DNA from: an uncultured delta proteobacterium
Lineage (GTDB): Bacteria; Desulfobacterota; Desulfobacteria; Desulfobacterales; Desulfosalsimonadaceae
Length of the DNA stretch: 64,000 nucleotides
Direction of reading: 5' to 3'
NCBI GenBank assembly: GCA_963826785.1
Contig: CAWGYD010000001.1
Location: forward strand, 704,001-768,000
A program made the translations under genes and the position numbers. Position 1 is the stretch's first letter. The number at the start of each line of letters is the position of its first letter. Positions 52,590-64,000 of this stretch are shown here, in pieces. Under the pieces are notes generated by a model, which worked only from the letters and a program-made list of their open reading frames with translations, made no database searches and had not been told where the DNA came from.

Positions 52590-52726
52590 ATTCGGCAGCA
52601 ACGAGGCGGAGGGCGGGCCGGGATCAAAAAAGGATGCCGGCCTGCCCCTTATGGGCCTTCCGGCGGATTTTTCCCGGTGAAAAGTCAAAAATGATTTCGA
52701 TACGCATCGATTTCACTTTTGGATTT

Positions 52727-52803
<77 letters not shown>

Positions 52804-53015
52804 TTTTAAAAAGAAAAAGGTAGTTAGCATGCTTTCTGTTCTTTGTCCATTATAAATATGGTATAAGGGTAAGTCAGGTTGCAAATTTTACCATCAATGA
52901 AGGTTTGTCCCAAAGGGATTAAGGCCTTATGTTTTTTAAAATGGTCCGTTAGGGCGCCTGCAGGCATCCTGGCCCGCTGACCGTGGTAAAAGCACGAAAA
53001 CAGACGATCGGTATT

Positions 53016-53960
53016 ATGGATAAAGACAAAAAAAATAAAAATAAAGATGAAAATAAAAACGGATTTCAAGTCGACAACAGGGTAAAGGCCGGTGCGGATT
53101 CCGGGAGAAGCCTGGTCGAATATGATCCGCTCCAGCGTTACCTGTCGGAGATATCGCGCTACCGTCTGCTGACCCGGGAAGAGGAAGTCGAACTGGGAAA
53201 ACGGGTCCAGGAGCGGGAGGATTCCGATGCGGCTTACATGCTGGCGACTTCGAATCTCCGGCTGGTGGTGAAGATCGCCCTGGAGTTCCAGCGGGTATGG
53301 ATGCAGAATCTTCTGGATCTGATCCAGGAGGGAAACATCGGCCTCATGCAGGCGGTGCAGAAGTTCGATCCATACAAAAACGTGAAGTTTTCATATTATG
53401 CCTCTTTCTGGATAAAAGCCTATATCCTGAAATTCATCATGGATAACTGGCGGCTGGTGAAGATCGGGACCACCCAGGGGCAGCGCAAGCTGTTTTTCAA
53501 GCTCAAAAAGGAAAAGCAGAAACTCATCGATCAGGGATTTGATCCCAGCCCCAGACTTCTGTCCGACCGGCTGGGCGTTTCCGAGCAAGAAATCACTGAA
53601 ATGGATCAGCGTTTAGACAGCTGGGACGTTTCCTTGGATGCCCCCCTCAAGGAGGATTCCGATACAGAAAGGGGCGAATTTTTGAGTTCGGAAGAGGAAT
53701 CCATCGAAGGCCAGATGGCCAAAAAAGAAATCGAAAATCTGCTGCAGGAAAAGGTCGATCTTTTCAGAAAGAAGCTCTCTGAACGGGAGCTGGATATTTT
53801 CGATCACCGGGTTTTTACCGACTCCCCCTTGACGCTTCAGGATTTGGGCGATAAATACCAGATATCCCGGGAGCGGGTCCGCCAGTTGGAAAAAAATATC
53901 CTTAAAAAAATGAGGGGCTATTTCAAAGACGAAATTCCGGATTTTGAGCTTTATGAATAA
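53016..53960 (+). CDS. rpoH: RNA polymerase sigma factor, RpoH (sigma-32) family
   Basis: SNLRLVVKIA, DLIQEGNIGL, RpoH box WRLVKIGTTQGQRKLFFKL, SRERVRQLE. Confidence 0.88.
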   Translation: MDKDKKNKNKDENKNGFQVDNRVKAGADSGRSLVEYDPLQRYLSEISRYRLLTREEEVELGKRVQEREDSDAAYMLATSNLRLVVKIALEFQRVWMQNLLDLIQEGNIGLMQAVQKFDPYKNVKFSYYASFWIKAYILKFIMDNWRLVKIGTTQGQRKLFFKLKKEKQKLIDQGFDPSPRLLSDRLGVSEQEITEMDQRLDSWDVSLDAPLKEDSDTERGEFLSSEEESIEGQMAKKEIENLLQEKVDLFRKKLSERELDIFDHRVFTDSPLTLQDLGDKYQISRERVRQLEKNILKKMRGYFKDEIPDFELYE

Positions 53961-54068
53961 ATTTTGTCCGCCCGGCCTGAAGATGGCCGTAAGGACGTCA
54001 TTTCCGCCAGATTTCCGATTTCTCATCCGGATGCAGCCGGAGTCATCCTGATTGCACCTTGCCCTTTT

Positions 54069-54113
54069 AATGCATCTTTTGCTATTGCATCTCTTGCTAA
54101 TGCATCTCTTGAA
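54069..54113. repeat. 3 x 15-bp tandem repeat
   Basis: AATGCATCTTTTGCT ATTGCATCTCTTGCT AATGCATCTCTTGAA. Confidence 0.85.
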
Positions 54114-54237
54114 GACTTTGACCTGCCTGCGCAAACCGGCTTCGAAAAAAGCACTTGAAATCTTTACTCCTCTTTATCATCATGGCCATGATAAGAACCC
54201 GAATGATCCAATATAAATGTAAATCAAGGCACCACTT

Positions 54238-56010
54238 ATGACAAAACAACGATCTGCCCTGTACCCCCTTTTGATCATCATCATTATTTTTTCCGGGTGT
54301 GCGCCCATGAAGAGCATGCCGAGTGCGAAAAATTCCAGCATGCAAAAGGCCGCCCCTGTGGTTTCCGAAATCGGAAACGCCGACAGGGAAGTTGAAAAGG
54401 CCATATCCGATGATTCCTTAAACAGTTATTATCTCTTTCTGGAATCCCAGATCCAGAAGAACGAAGGCCGCATCAGCAATGCGGTCATGCTGCTCAAAAA
54501 AGCGGTGGAACAGGATCCGGGATCGATTTTCCTGAAAAAGGAACTCGCGGTTTTATACCTGCACCAGGAGGACAATGAAAAAGCCCTTCAAGTGGTGGAG
54601 GATATTCTCAAGCAGGACCCCGACTCGGTGGATGCGCTGATCCTGGCCGCGACCATTCAAAAGACGCTGAACAAGGATGCCGACACCAAGCAGATCTATG
54701 AAAGGGTGCTGAAAAATGACCCCCAGCGCAAAAACGTTTATAAACTGTTAGGCAAGCTCTACCTGGATGAGGGTGACCTGGACAATGCATTTCGCATTTT
54801 TGAACAGATGACGCAGGTTTTTCCCGACGATTATATCGGCCATTATTATGTGGGCAAGATTCACCTGATGCGCAAAGAAACCGCCGAAGCGGAAGCCGCG
54901 TTTTTAAAAACGCTGGATATAGCCCCCACACTCATCGAACCCCGGCTGGATTTGATCCAGATTTATCAGGCCGAAAACAAGAAAGAGAAGATCATCTCCC
55001 TGTACGAGGAAATCCTTTCCCAGTATCCCGGCAATTCGGCCGTGGAGATCGAGCTTGCCCTGCTGTACCTGGATAACGGCAGAATCGATGAGGCCAATGA
55101 GATGCTAAAGGCGCTGGGGGAGCGCGCCGCCACAGACCGCGATGTGATCCGGGCGGTGATCCAAAATCTGATTCTACAGGGCCGGAACAAAGAAGCGGTG
55201 GTGGTTCTAAGCACCATGGCCCAGGCGGCGCCCGAGGATGCCGACATCCATTATGCCGCCGGACTGGCCCAGTTCAATCTGGAGGATTTTGAGGCCGCTT
55301 ACCAACAGTTCAGCCAGGTCGACCCGGAAAGCGAACTTTACCCCAATTCGGTCATCCACATGGCCATTATCGACTACAAGAACGAGGATATCGAAGGGGG
55401 CATAAAGCTGCTGGAAACGGCGATCAATCAGGTTCCCGAAGCGGTCAAGCCGGAGCTGATCCCCTACCTGAGTTCATTTTACAAGAGCCGGGAGGAATAT
55501 GACAAGGCATTGGCAATTGTCCAGCAGGGGCTCGGCATCGAACCGGAAAATCCGGACCTGCTGTTCGAACTGGGCGTTATCTACGACAAACTGGGGAATA
55601 CTGAGGCCGCCGTCGGGCAGATGCAAAAAGTCATCGTGCTTAAACCCGATCATGCCGATGCCTTGAATTATATCGGCTACACCTATGCGGACAAGGGAAT
55701 CAACCTGGACGAAGCGGAGCAGTTGATCACAAAGGCGCTCAATGCCGACCCCGAGAACGGATATATCCTGGACAGCCTGGGGTGGCTTTATTACCGTAAA
55801 GGCGAGCATGAAAAGGCGGCATCCACCCTTGAAAAGGCGGTTGCCCTGGTGCCGGACGATCCGATTCTGCTGGAGCATTTGGGAGATGTGTATGCCGCAC
55901 TCAACAATGATCAAAAGGCGCTGGAATTCTACGACCGCGCCCTGTCCCGGAAGAAGGACGATGCCGCCCAACTCCAGGAGAAAATCAATCTGTTCCGCAA
56001 GCAGCCGTAA
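54238..56010 (+). CDS. Tetratricopeptide-repeat lipoprotein
   Basis: FSGC lipobox; many TPRs, ALNYIGYTYAD, YILDSLGWLYY. Confidence 0.92.
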   Translation: MTKQRSALYPLLIIIIIFSGCAPMKSMPSAKNSSMQKAAPVVSEIGNADREVEKAISDDSLNSYYLFLESQIQKNEGRISNAVMLLKKAVEQDPGSIFLKKELAVLYLHQEDNEKALQVVEDILKQDPDSVDALILAATIQKTLNKDADTKQIYERVLKNDPQRKNVYKLLGKLYLDEGDLDNAFRIFEQMTQVFPDDYIGHYYVGKIHLMRKETAEAEAAFLKTLDIAPTLIEPRLDLIQIYQAENKKEKIISLYEEILSQYPGNSAVEIELALLYLDNGRIDEANEMLKALGERAATDRDVIRAVIQNLILQGRNKEAVVVLSTMAQAAPEDADIHYAAGLAQFNLEDFEAAYQQFSQVDPESELYPNSVIHMAIIDYKNEDIEGGIKLLETAINQVPEAVKPELIPYLSSFYKSREEYDKALAIVQQGLGIEPENPDLLFELGVIYDKLGNTEAAVGQMQKVIVLKPDHADALNYIGYTYADKGINLDEAEQLITKALNADPENGYILDSLGWLYYRKGEHEKAASTLEKAVALVPDDPILLEHLGDVYAALNNDQKALEFYDRALSRKKDDAAQLQEKINLFRKQP

Positions 56011-56014
56011 GCAG

Positions 56015-56791
56015 ATGTCGGCGGGGTGGAAATATGGTGTGCTGATCATTCTGGCCGGGCTTTTTTTACCCGCCTGCGCCACGCTTTTGCCCAAAGGGGG
56101 TGAACCCTGCGGCGGGCCGCCCGGGATTGCCCGCAAACAGCTGCTTGAAATAGAAAGCCGCTATCGGCCGGCGTCGACGTTCAAGGGGATCGGTCACATC
56201 CGGATGTGGAATTCGGAGGGATCGCTGAGCGCCCGGATGGCGTTTGCCGGTACAATTGACGGGAAAATCCGGGTGGAGATCCTGGGCCCTGCCGGCCAGC
56301 CGATGGCCACCCTCATTTATAATGGAAAACGATATTTTTTCATTTCGCACACGGATCAGCAGACGTTTGAAAAGACCGCTTCGGGTTCAGCCATAAAGCG
56401 GCTGATCGGAGTCGAGATCACCACGGATGAACTGACGACCCTGCTGGCGGGGGGGCTTCCGGTCCGGGAACACGAGGCCGTGTGCATACAATCAGATCCT
56501 TCTGGTGTCGAATCGATCATAGCGCTCAGAAACGGCTGGTGGGAACGCACAGTGGAGAAGCTGTTTATTGACCCCCGCACGGGTCAGGTCCGCCAGATCG
56601 AGATGTATGACAGCAGCGGCCTGCAATATCGTATATCTTACCAGGAGCAGCGCCCCACGGAGGGGTTCCTGATTCCCTTTCAGTTTGAACTCTCCGACGA
56701 TCAGGGCAATGGCCTGCGTATCCGGATGGACCGGTACTGGCCAAATGCAAAGATCAAGGCCGACCTGTTTACCCATGAGGAATTTCAATAA
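56015..56791 (+). CDS. LolB/DUF4292-like outer-membrane lipoprotein
   Basis: LPAC lipobox, RVEILGPAGQP; directly follows the TPR gene. Confidence 0.65.
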   Translation: MSAGWKYGVLIILAGLFLPACATLLPKGGEPCGGPPGIARKQLLEIESRYRPASTFKGIGHIRMWNSEGSLSARMAFAGTIDGKIRVEILGPAGQPMATLIYNGKRYFFISHTDQQTFEKTASGSAIKRLIGVEITTDELTTLLAGGLPVREHEAVCIQSDPSGVESIIALRNGWWERTVEKLFIDPRTGQVRQIEMYDSSGLQYRISYQEQRPTEGFLIPFQFELSDDQGNGLRIRMDRYWPNAKIKADLFTHEEFQ

Positions 56792-56908
56792 TTTCAATTT
56801 TCTCTTAATCGCTGCCCCGGCTGTCGGCACCATCGGCATCCTCGACTCAGGACTGCTGGTCCTTCTTCTCCTTGCCGCCCGGATCCACTGTTGAGCGTGA
56901 AGACCGGT

Positions 56909-57679
56909 ATGGTTATTGCCCTGGAAAACCGGCTGCGGCGCTGCAGCAATGTCATGACGCTTGGGGTCAAGCCCGATTTTTCGGATTATTCCCCGGAGGC
57001 GGCGGGTCAGATCCGGCAGGCAGCCAAAATCTATTATCCTTCTTCACTATACGCACCGATCTTTGGTGCCATGGGAAAGCCGGTATTTCCCAGCGTGCAT
57101 ACCTACCATTTTGCACAGGACAAGATCCGCCAGACCGGGTTATTCATGCTGCAAAACATCCCCTGCCCGAAAACGCGTATTTTTTATGGCAAGGAGAGAG
57201 AAAAGGAGGTCAGGTCGCAATTTGCCTTTCCCCTGATTGCAAAGATCCCCAGGGGTTCGGCTCTGGGGCGCGGCGTTTTTCTGGTCCGCAACCGGGAGGA
57301 ACTGGCGCAATACTGCGCTTTGACCCATGCCGCTTACATCCAGGAATTTCTGCCCATTGACCGGGATATCCGGGTGGTGGTCATCGGCGACCGGGTGGCG
57401 CTGGCCTACTGGCGGATCGCAGCGCCGGGGGAGTTCAGGTGCAATGTGGCCCGGGGCGCCGCCATCCGGTTGGATGGCGTACCGCGTCAGGCACTGGAAC
57501 TTGCCCTTTACACCGCCGGCAAATGCGGCTGGAATGATGTGGGGATCGATATCTGCGAGCATAAAGGAAATTTTTTCGTGCTGGAGGGGAATATGAAATA
57601 CGGCCGGGAGGGATTTGCACGGGCGGGCATCGATTATACCCGGTTGATGGAGAACATGATCGACCATGGACAGATATGA
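56909..57679 (+). CDS. RimK-like ATP-grasp ligase
   Basis: QDKIRQ, FPLIAK...GRGVFLV, YIQEFLP, DIRVVVIG, FRCNVARG, GIDI...LEGN. Confidence 0.88.
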   Translation: MVIALENRLRRCSNVMTLGVKPDFSDYSPEAAGQIRQAAKIYYPSSLYAPIFGAMGKPVFPSVHTYHFAQDKIRQTGLFMLQNIPCPKTRIFYGKEREKEVRSQFAFPLIAKIPRGSALGRGVFLVRNREELAQYCALTHAAYIQEFLPIDRDIRVVVIGDRVALAYWRIAAPGEFRCNVARGAAIRLDGVPRQALELALYTAGKCGWNDVGIDICEHKGNFFVLEGNMKYGREGFARAGIDYTRLMENMIDHGQI

Positions 57680-58835
57680 TATCAAATCGTTGGAGCAGCT
57701 GGGGGCGGTTCTGGACCAGCAGGAATCCGGCCGGCTGTGCATTGGGGCGGCCAGAAGCAGTTCTGGCGTTCGGCGTCTGGCCGAACCCCGGCTTCAATCG
57801 GAATACCGCCAGCATTTTGCCGTGGACGTGGATCGAATCCTTCATTCCCTGGCCTACTCCCGCTACATCGACAAAACCCAGGTATTCTACCTGATCGAAA
57901 ACGATCACATTACCCACCGGATCCTGCACGTTCAGCTGGTATCGCGCATCGCCCGAACCATCGGCCGCTACCTGAAATTAAACGAGGACCTGATCGAGGC
58001 GATTGCCATCGGCCATGATATCGGCCATCCCCCTTTCGGCCACGACGGAGAGCGCTTTTTGACCCGCATCTGCCGCCGTCACGGCATCGGCGCCTTTCAT
58101 CACAACGTGCAAAGCGTCCAGTTTCTGGAAAAAGTGGAACGAAAAGGCCGGGGATGGAATCTGTGCCTGCAGACCCTGGACGGAATCCTCTGCCATGACG
58201 GAGAAGTCCACAACCGGCGGCTTTCCCCCGACCGGGAAAAGAATTTTGATATCTATTCGTCTGAAGTCGAGGCTAAAAAATCCGTCGGAAAGGCGGCCCT
58301 GGTGCCCATGACCCTGGAGGGGTGTGTGGTCCGGTTTGCCGACACCATCAGCTATATCGGCCGGGATGTCGAGGATGCCATCCGGTTGAACCTGATCGAC
58401 CGGGCGGAAATGCCTCAGCAGAGTGTCCGCTGCCTGGGCGACACCAACGGCTCCATTGTTTTCTCCCTGGTGTCCGATGTGATCGTCAACAGTTATGGAC
58501 AGCCGTTTGTCGCATTCAGCCCGGAGATTTCAGAGGCTTTGAAGGTATTGAAAGATTTCAATTACCGGCGGATCTACATGAATCCGGCCATCAAGCAGCA
58601 TCTGGACCGCATCGGCGACCTCTACGAGATGATGTTCGATCGATTCCTGGGCGATATCGATCACCGGAAATCCGATTCGCCCATCTACAAAAATTTCATT
58701 AACGGCATGGCCGATGAATACACCGCCGGTCACCGACCCGAGGAAATCGTCCGGGATTTCATCGCCGGCATGACCGATCAGTATTTTCTGCGCCTGGTTC
58801 CGCCCGAATTGCGCCCCAGGCAAAGGGCCATGTGA
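57666..58835 (+). CDS. HD-domain dNTP triphosphohydrolase (dGTPase-like)
   Basis: DRILHS, KTQVF, GHDIGHPPFGHDGE, ADTISY, DFIAGMTD. Confidence 0.9.
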   Translation: MDRYDIKSLEQLGAVLDQQESGRLCIGAARSSSGVRRLAEPRLQSEYRQHFAVDVDRILHSLAYSRYIDKTQVFYLIENDHITHRILHVQLVSRIARTIGRYLKLNEDLIEAIAIGHDIGHPPFGHDGERFLTRICRRHGIGAFHHNVQSVQFLEKVERKGRGWNLCLQTLDGILCHDGEVHNRRLSPDREKNFDIYSSEVEAKKSVGKAALVPMTLEGCVVRFADTISYIGRDVEDAIRLNLIDRAEMPQQSVRCLGDTNGSIVFSLVSDVIVNSYGQPFVAFSPEISEALKVLKDFNYRRIYMNPAIKQHLDRIGDLYEMMFDRFLGDIDHRKSDSPIYKNFINGMADEYTAGHRPEEIVRDFIAGMTDQYFLRLVPPELRPRQRAM

Positions 58836-59590
58836 AAAAAATGAGCCCATTTGACACACCCATGCATCAGCCCAGAACCTACAGGCAGCATATCACCAGC
58901 GATCATCTGGTCTCCTTCGGGGTGAGAGTCCGGGAAACCGATCTGTGGGTGCAGGCGAAAGCCCCCCTTGAGGTGCAGACGCGGGAACGGGTTTTGAAAT
59001 ACCGCGCGCACATCGAATCCTATATCGAATCCCGCCCGGAGTTTGCAAAAAGCCATGCGCCCATTGCCCAATCCGGTTTTGCCCCGCCCATCGTTTCAGA
59101 CATGATCAACGCCGGCATCGCCGCAAATGTCGGGCCCATGGCGGCGGTGGCCGGCGCGGTGGCCGAATACGTGGGACGGGATCTGCTGGAAATTTCTGAT
59201 GAAATCGTGGTGGAAAACGGGGGCGATCTGTTTATCCGGCTCAACCGGCCGTTTGTTTTTGCCGTTGATGCGGGGAAATCACCGCTGAGCATGCGGGTGG
59301 GGCTTCGCCTGGACTGCGGCTTGTCCCCGGTTGCCCTGTGCACCTCTTCAGGGAGCATGGGCCATTCCTTCAGCCGGGGCAGGGCGGATGCCGCGTGCGT
59401 GGTCTCGCCATCCGGCGCCGTAGCCGATGCGGCGGCGACGGCTGTCTGCAACCGGGTGGGTTCGGAAAAAGATATTGCGACGGCTATCGAATTTGGGAAG
59501 ACCATTGACGGGGTGACCGCAATCGTGGTGATTATCGGTGACCGCATGGGATTATGGGGCAACGCCGAACTGGTCCCGCTATCCAACTGA
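58832..59590 (+). CDS. UPF0280 (ApbE-like) family protein
   Basis: ETDL, GPMAAVAGAVAE, VENGGD, CTSSG, GHSFSRG, ADAAATAVCN. Confidence 0.9.
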   Translation: MKKMSPFDTPMHQPRTYRQHITSDHLVSFGVRVRETDLWVQAKAPLEVQTRERVLKYRAHIESYIESRPEFAKSHAPIAQSGFAPPIVSDMINAGIAANVGPMAAVAGAVAEYVGRDLLEISDEIVVENGGDLFIRLNRPFVFAVDAGKSPLSMRVGLRLDCGLSPVALCTSSGSMGHSFSRGRADAACVVSPSGAVADAAATAVCNRVGSEKDIATAIEFGKTIDGVTAIVVIIGDRMGLWGNAELVPLSN

Positions 59591-59929
59591 AGCGGCGCAG
59601 TTCAACGGCCGCAGGTTCCTTTCTATTCTTTCAACGCATATCCCAAACTTTCAGACCGATCATATCCCCCGGTCACCCGATACCTGCCATTCAATTGCTT
59701 TTCACATCCCGAAATACTTGGCATACCGGCGCCCCTTCATCCGTAAAGCTTCGAAAAAACGGTTGAGTTTTTATCCAAAAAACGTCAATATGACCCCCAT
59801 CCATTATCAGTACCCTATATCTGTATTGTCCAGGAAAAGTTTTTTGTGAAATACCGTGACCAAATGTGCGGGCCCCAAATTTTTGTCAAATTTCTGAAAG
59901 TACCGGCATCAGGAGCAAGGGAGAATTTC

Positions 59930-60274
59930 ATGAACAAAGTAAAACTGGTTTTTGGGCTGATTGTTCTGGCTTTGATCGGGACGGCTTTGTATCAGAATCG
60001 GGGTTTTCTTCTGGTCCAGGACACGGTCAGCGTCAATTTCGGCTGGCAGACGTATTCCCTGACCACGTGGAATGCGGTATACCTGCTGAGTTGTTTTCTG
60101 GCAGGCGCCTTGATTTCCTACTTTTTCAGCCTGTCGCATCGGTTTAGAACCCGAAAATCCGGTCGCCTGTTATCGGAAGAACTGGCTGATGAAAAAAAGC
60201 GCACGGCGGATCTTACCGCCCGGCTGGCAAATCGGGAAAGTGCAGTTAACCCTCCGGAGCAGATAAATGAATAG
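59930..60274 (+). CDS. LapA-like small membrane protein
   Basis: TM-QN-loop-TM-basic coiled tail; AGGGAG RBS. Confidence 0.7.
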   Translation: MNKVKLVFGLIVLALIGTALYQNRGFLLVQDTVSVNFGWQTYSLTTWNAVYLLSCFLAGALISYFFSLSHRFRTRKSGRLLSEELADEKKRTADLTARLANRESAVNPPEQINE

Positions 60275-60310
60275 ATTCGGGATTTACTTGAAATCAGATC
60301 GCCGGGATGA

Positions 60311-62980
<2,670 letters not shown>

Positions 62981-62994
62981 GGGGTCGGAAGGGT

Positions 62995-64000
62995 TTGACG
63001 AGTTTGCGGTTCCTACAACATGATCTCAAGCGATTGCCGGCGCGAAGAATATCCTTTTTCGTGTTTTTTTGCACCTTGATGACCGTCTTCTGGTCATGCG
63101 CCTCCTATGGGACACCGGCAAAAAGCCAGTATTTCAAGGCGGAAAGCTGTTATCGAAATTTAAAAAACAGTCCGGAGAAACAAAAATACCGAAGCTACTG
63201 GCTGGATTGCATCGGACAGTTCGAGGCGGTGGGCCGGGAGTATCCTTCCGATCCCTGGGCCCCGGCGGGACTGTTCAAGGCGGCCAACCTCTATGAAGAG
63301 CTGTACGGGCATTCCTATAAAGACGATGATATCCGGGAAGCGGCAGGCCTGTATCGCCAGGTCATCGAAAAGCATCAGTACAGCGTATACAAGGACAGGG
63401 CCGCCCAGGCCCTGACCCGTCTTCCGGATATTGCGCCCGCAAAAGGGCAGGGGGACACGGCGGCCGCAAAGAAAGCGTATATGGAGGCCGAGTCTTCTTA
63501 TGCGGCCCTTCGGGGCAGTCCGGATCAGCGTAAATTCCGGTCGCACTGGATGGAGGTGATCCGTGGATTCGAGAAGGTGCATCAGCTGGATCCCCAAGGT
63601 CCGTGGGCGGCGGCCGGGCTGTACATGACGGCGGTGGTTTATTCCGAACTCTACCGATATTCCTATCGTGATTCGGATCAGCGGGCGGCCCGTGAAATTT
63701 TTCAGCGGGTGGTCAAGGATTATCCCGACAGTGCCTACCGGAGCAAAGCGGAGGCGCAACTGGCGGATGAGCCGAAAAATCCGGTGGAGACGGCGGGCTT
63801 AAATGAAATCATTTCCGGTGAACTGGGGGAGCAGGCGCCGGAGGAAAATGCGACAGGCGATGATCAGGCCCGTGATGCCTCGGGATTGACCACGGTGACC
63901 GGCATCCGATACTGGTCCAATCCCCAGTACACCCGTGTGGTCATCGATGCGGACGGCGAAACCGAGTTTCAAAATAACCTTTTGAAAAAAGATCCGGATC
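62995..64000 (+). CDS. TPR-like repeats + AMIN domain protein, probably an N-acetylmuramoyl-L-alanine amidase; runs off the right edge, start uncertain (TTG)
   Basis: Not in the ORF track. Open frame to the window end: signal-like ISFFVFFCTLMTVFWSCASYG, two 99-aa helical repeats, then VTGIRYWSNPQYTRVVID (AMIN). The catalytic domain is not in the window. Confidence 0.8.
   Translation, partial: MTSLRFLQHDLKRLPARRISFFVFFCTLMTVFWSCASYGTPAKSQYFKAESCYRNLKNSPEKQKYRSYWLDCIGQFEAVGREYPSDPWAPAGLFKAANLYEELYGHSYKDDDIREAAGLYRQVIEKHQYSVYKDRAAQALTRLPDIAPAKGQGDTAAAKKAYMEAESSYAALRGSPDQRKFRSHWMEVIRGFEKVHQLDPQGPWAAAGLYMTAVVYSELYRYSYRDSDQRAAREIFQRVVKDYPDSAYRSKAEAQLADEPKNPVETAGLNEIISGELGEQAPEENATGDDQARDASGLTTVTGIRYWSNPQYTRVVIDADGETEFQNNLLKKDPD

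Noticed and set aside
53019..53060. AAAAAT/AAAGAT repeats at the start of rpoH
   Set aside because: Low-complexity Lys/Asn/Asp coding sequence; no evidence of a separate element

Overview
Chromosomal segment of a GC-rich anaerobic bacterium. Gene content and style point to Desulfobacterota, probably Desulfobacterales (inference). There are about 55 CDS and one tRNA-Arg(TCT), with no integrase, transposase, prophage or CRISPR array. Left part (1-52.7 kb): three nitronate-monooxygenase/FabK-like flavoproteins, an ILVBL/HACL2-like ThDP enzyme, gap, an acetate permease, mprF, a complete Ehr (Ni-free hydrogenase-4-like) membrane complex headed by an HTH-PTS EIIA gene with a frameshifted large subunit, a cfa-like methyltransferase plus geranylgeranyl-reductase-like pair, a czcCBA efflux system, an Ntn acylase, and a paaK-ACT-livKHMGF-paaK' operon. 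Right part: housekeeping-type block (rpoH-like sigma, TPR and LolB-like lipoproteins, RimK-HD-UPF0280, lapA-like, mutS, TPR-AMIN protein). The best candidate for a new system lies in the 5' leader of the paaK operon. It has an unannotated 18-aa Phe-rich leader peptide (MNRMNTGFSISGNGFFFQ), a cascade of mutually exclusive helices and an intrinsic terminator. This is the architecture of a phenylalanine-sensing transcription attenuator, and it suggests the operon imports and activates phenylacetate to make phenylalanine rather than to degrade it. All product calls come from motif recognition by eye; no searches were run.
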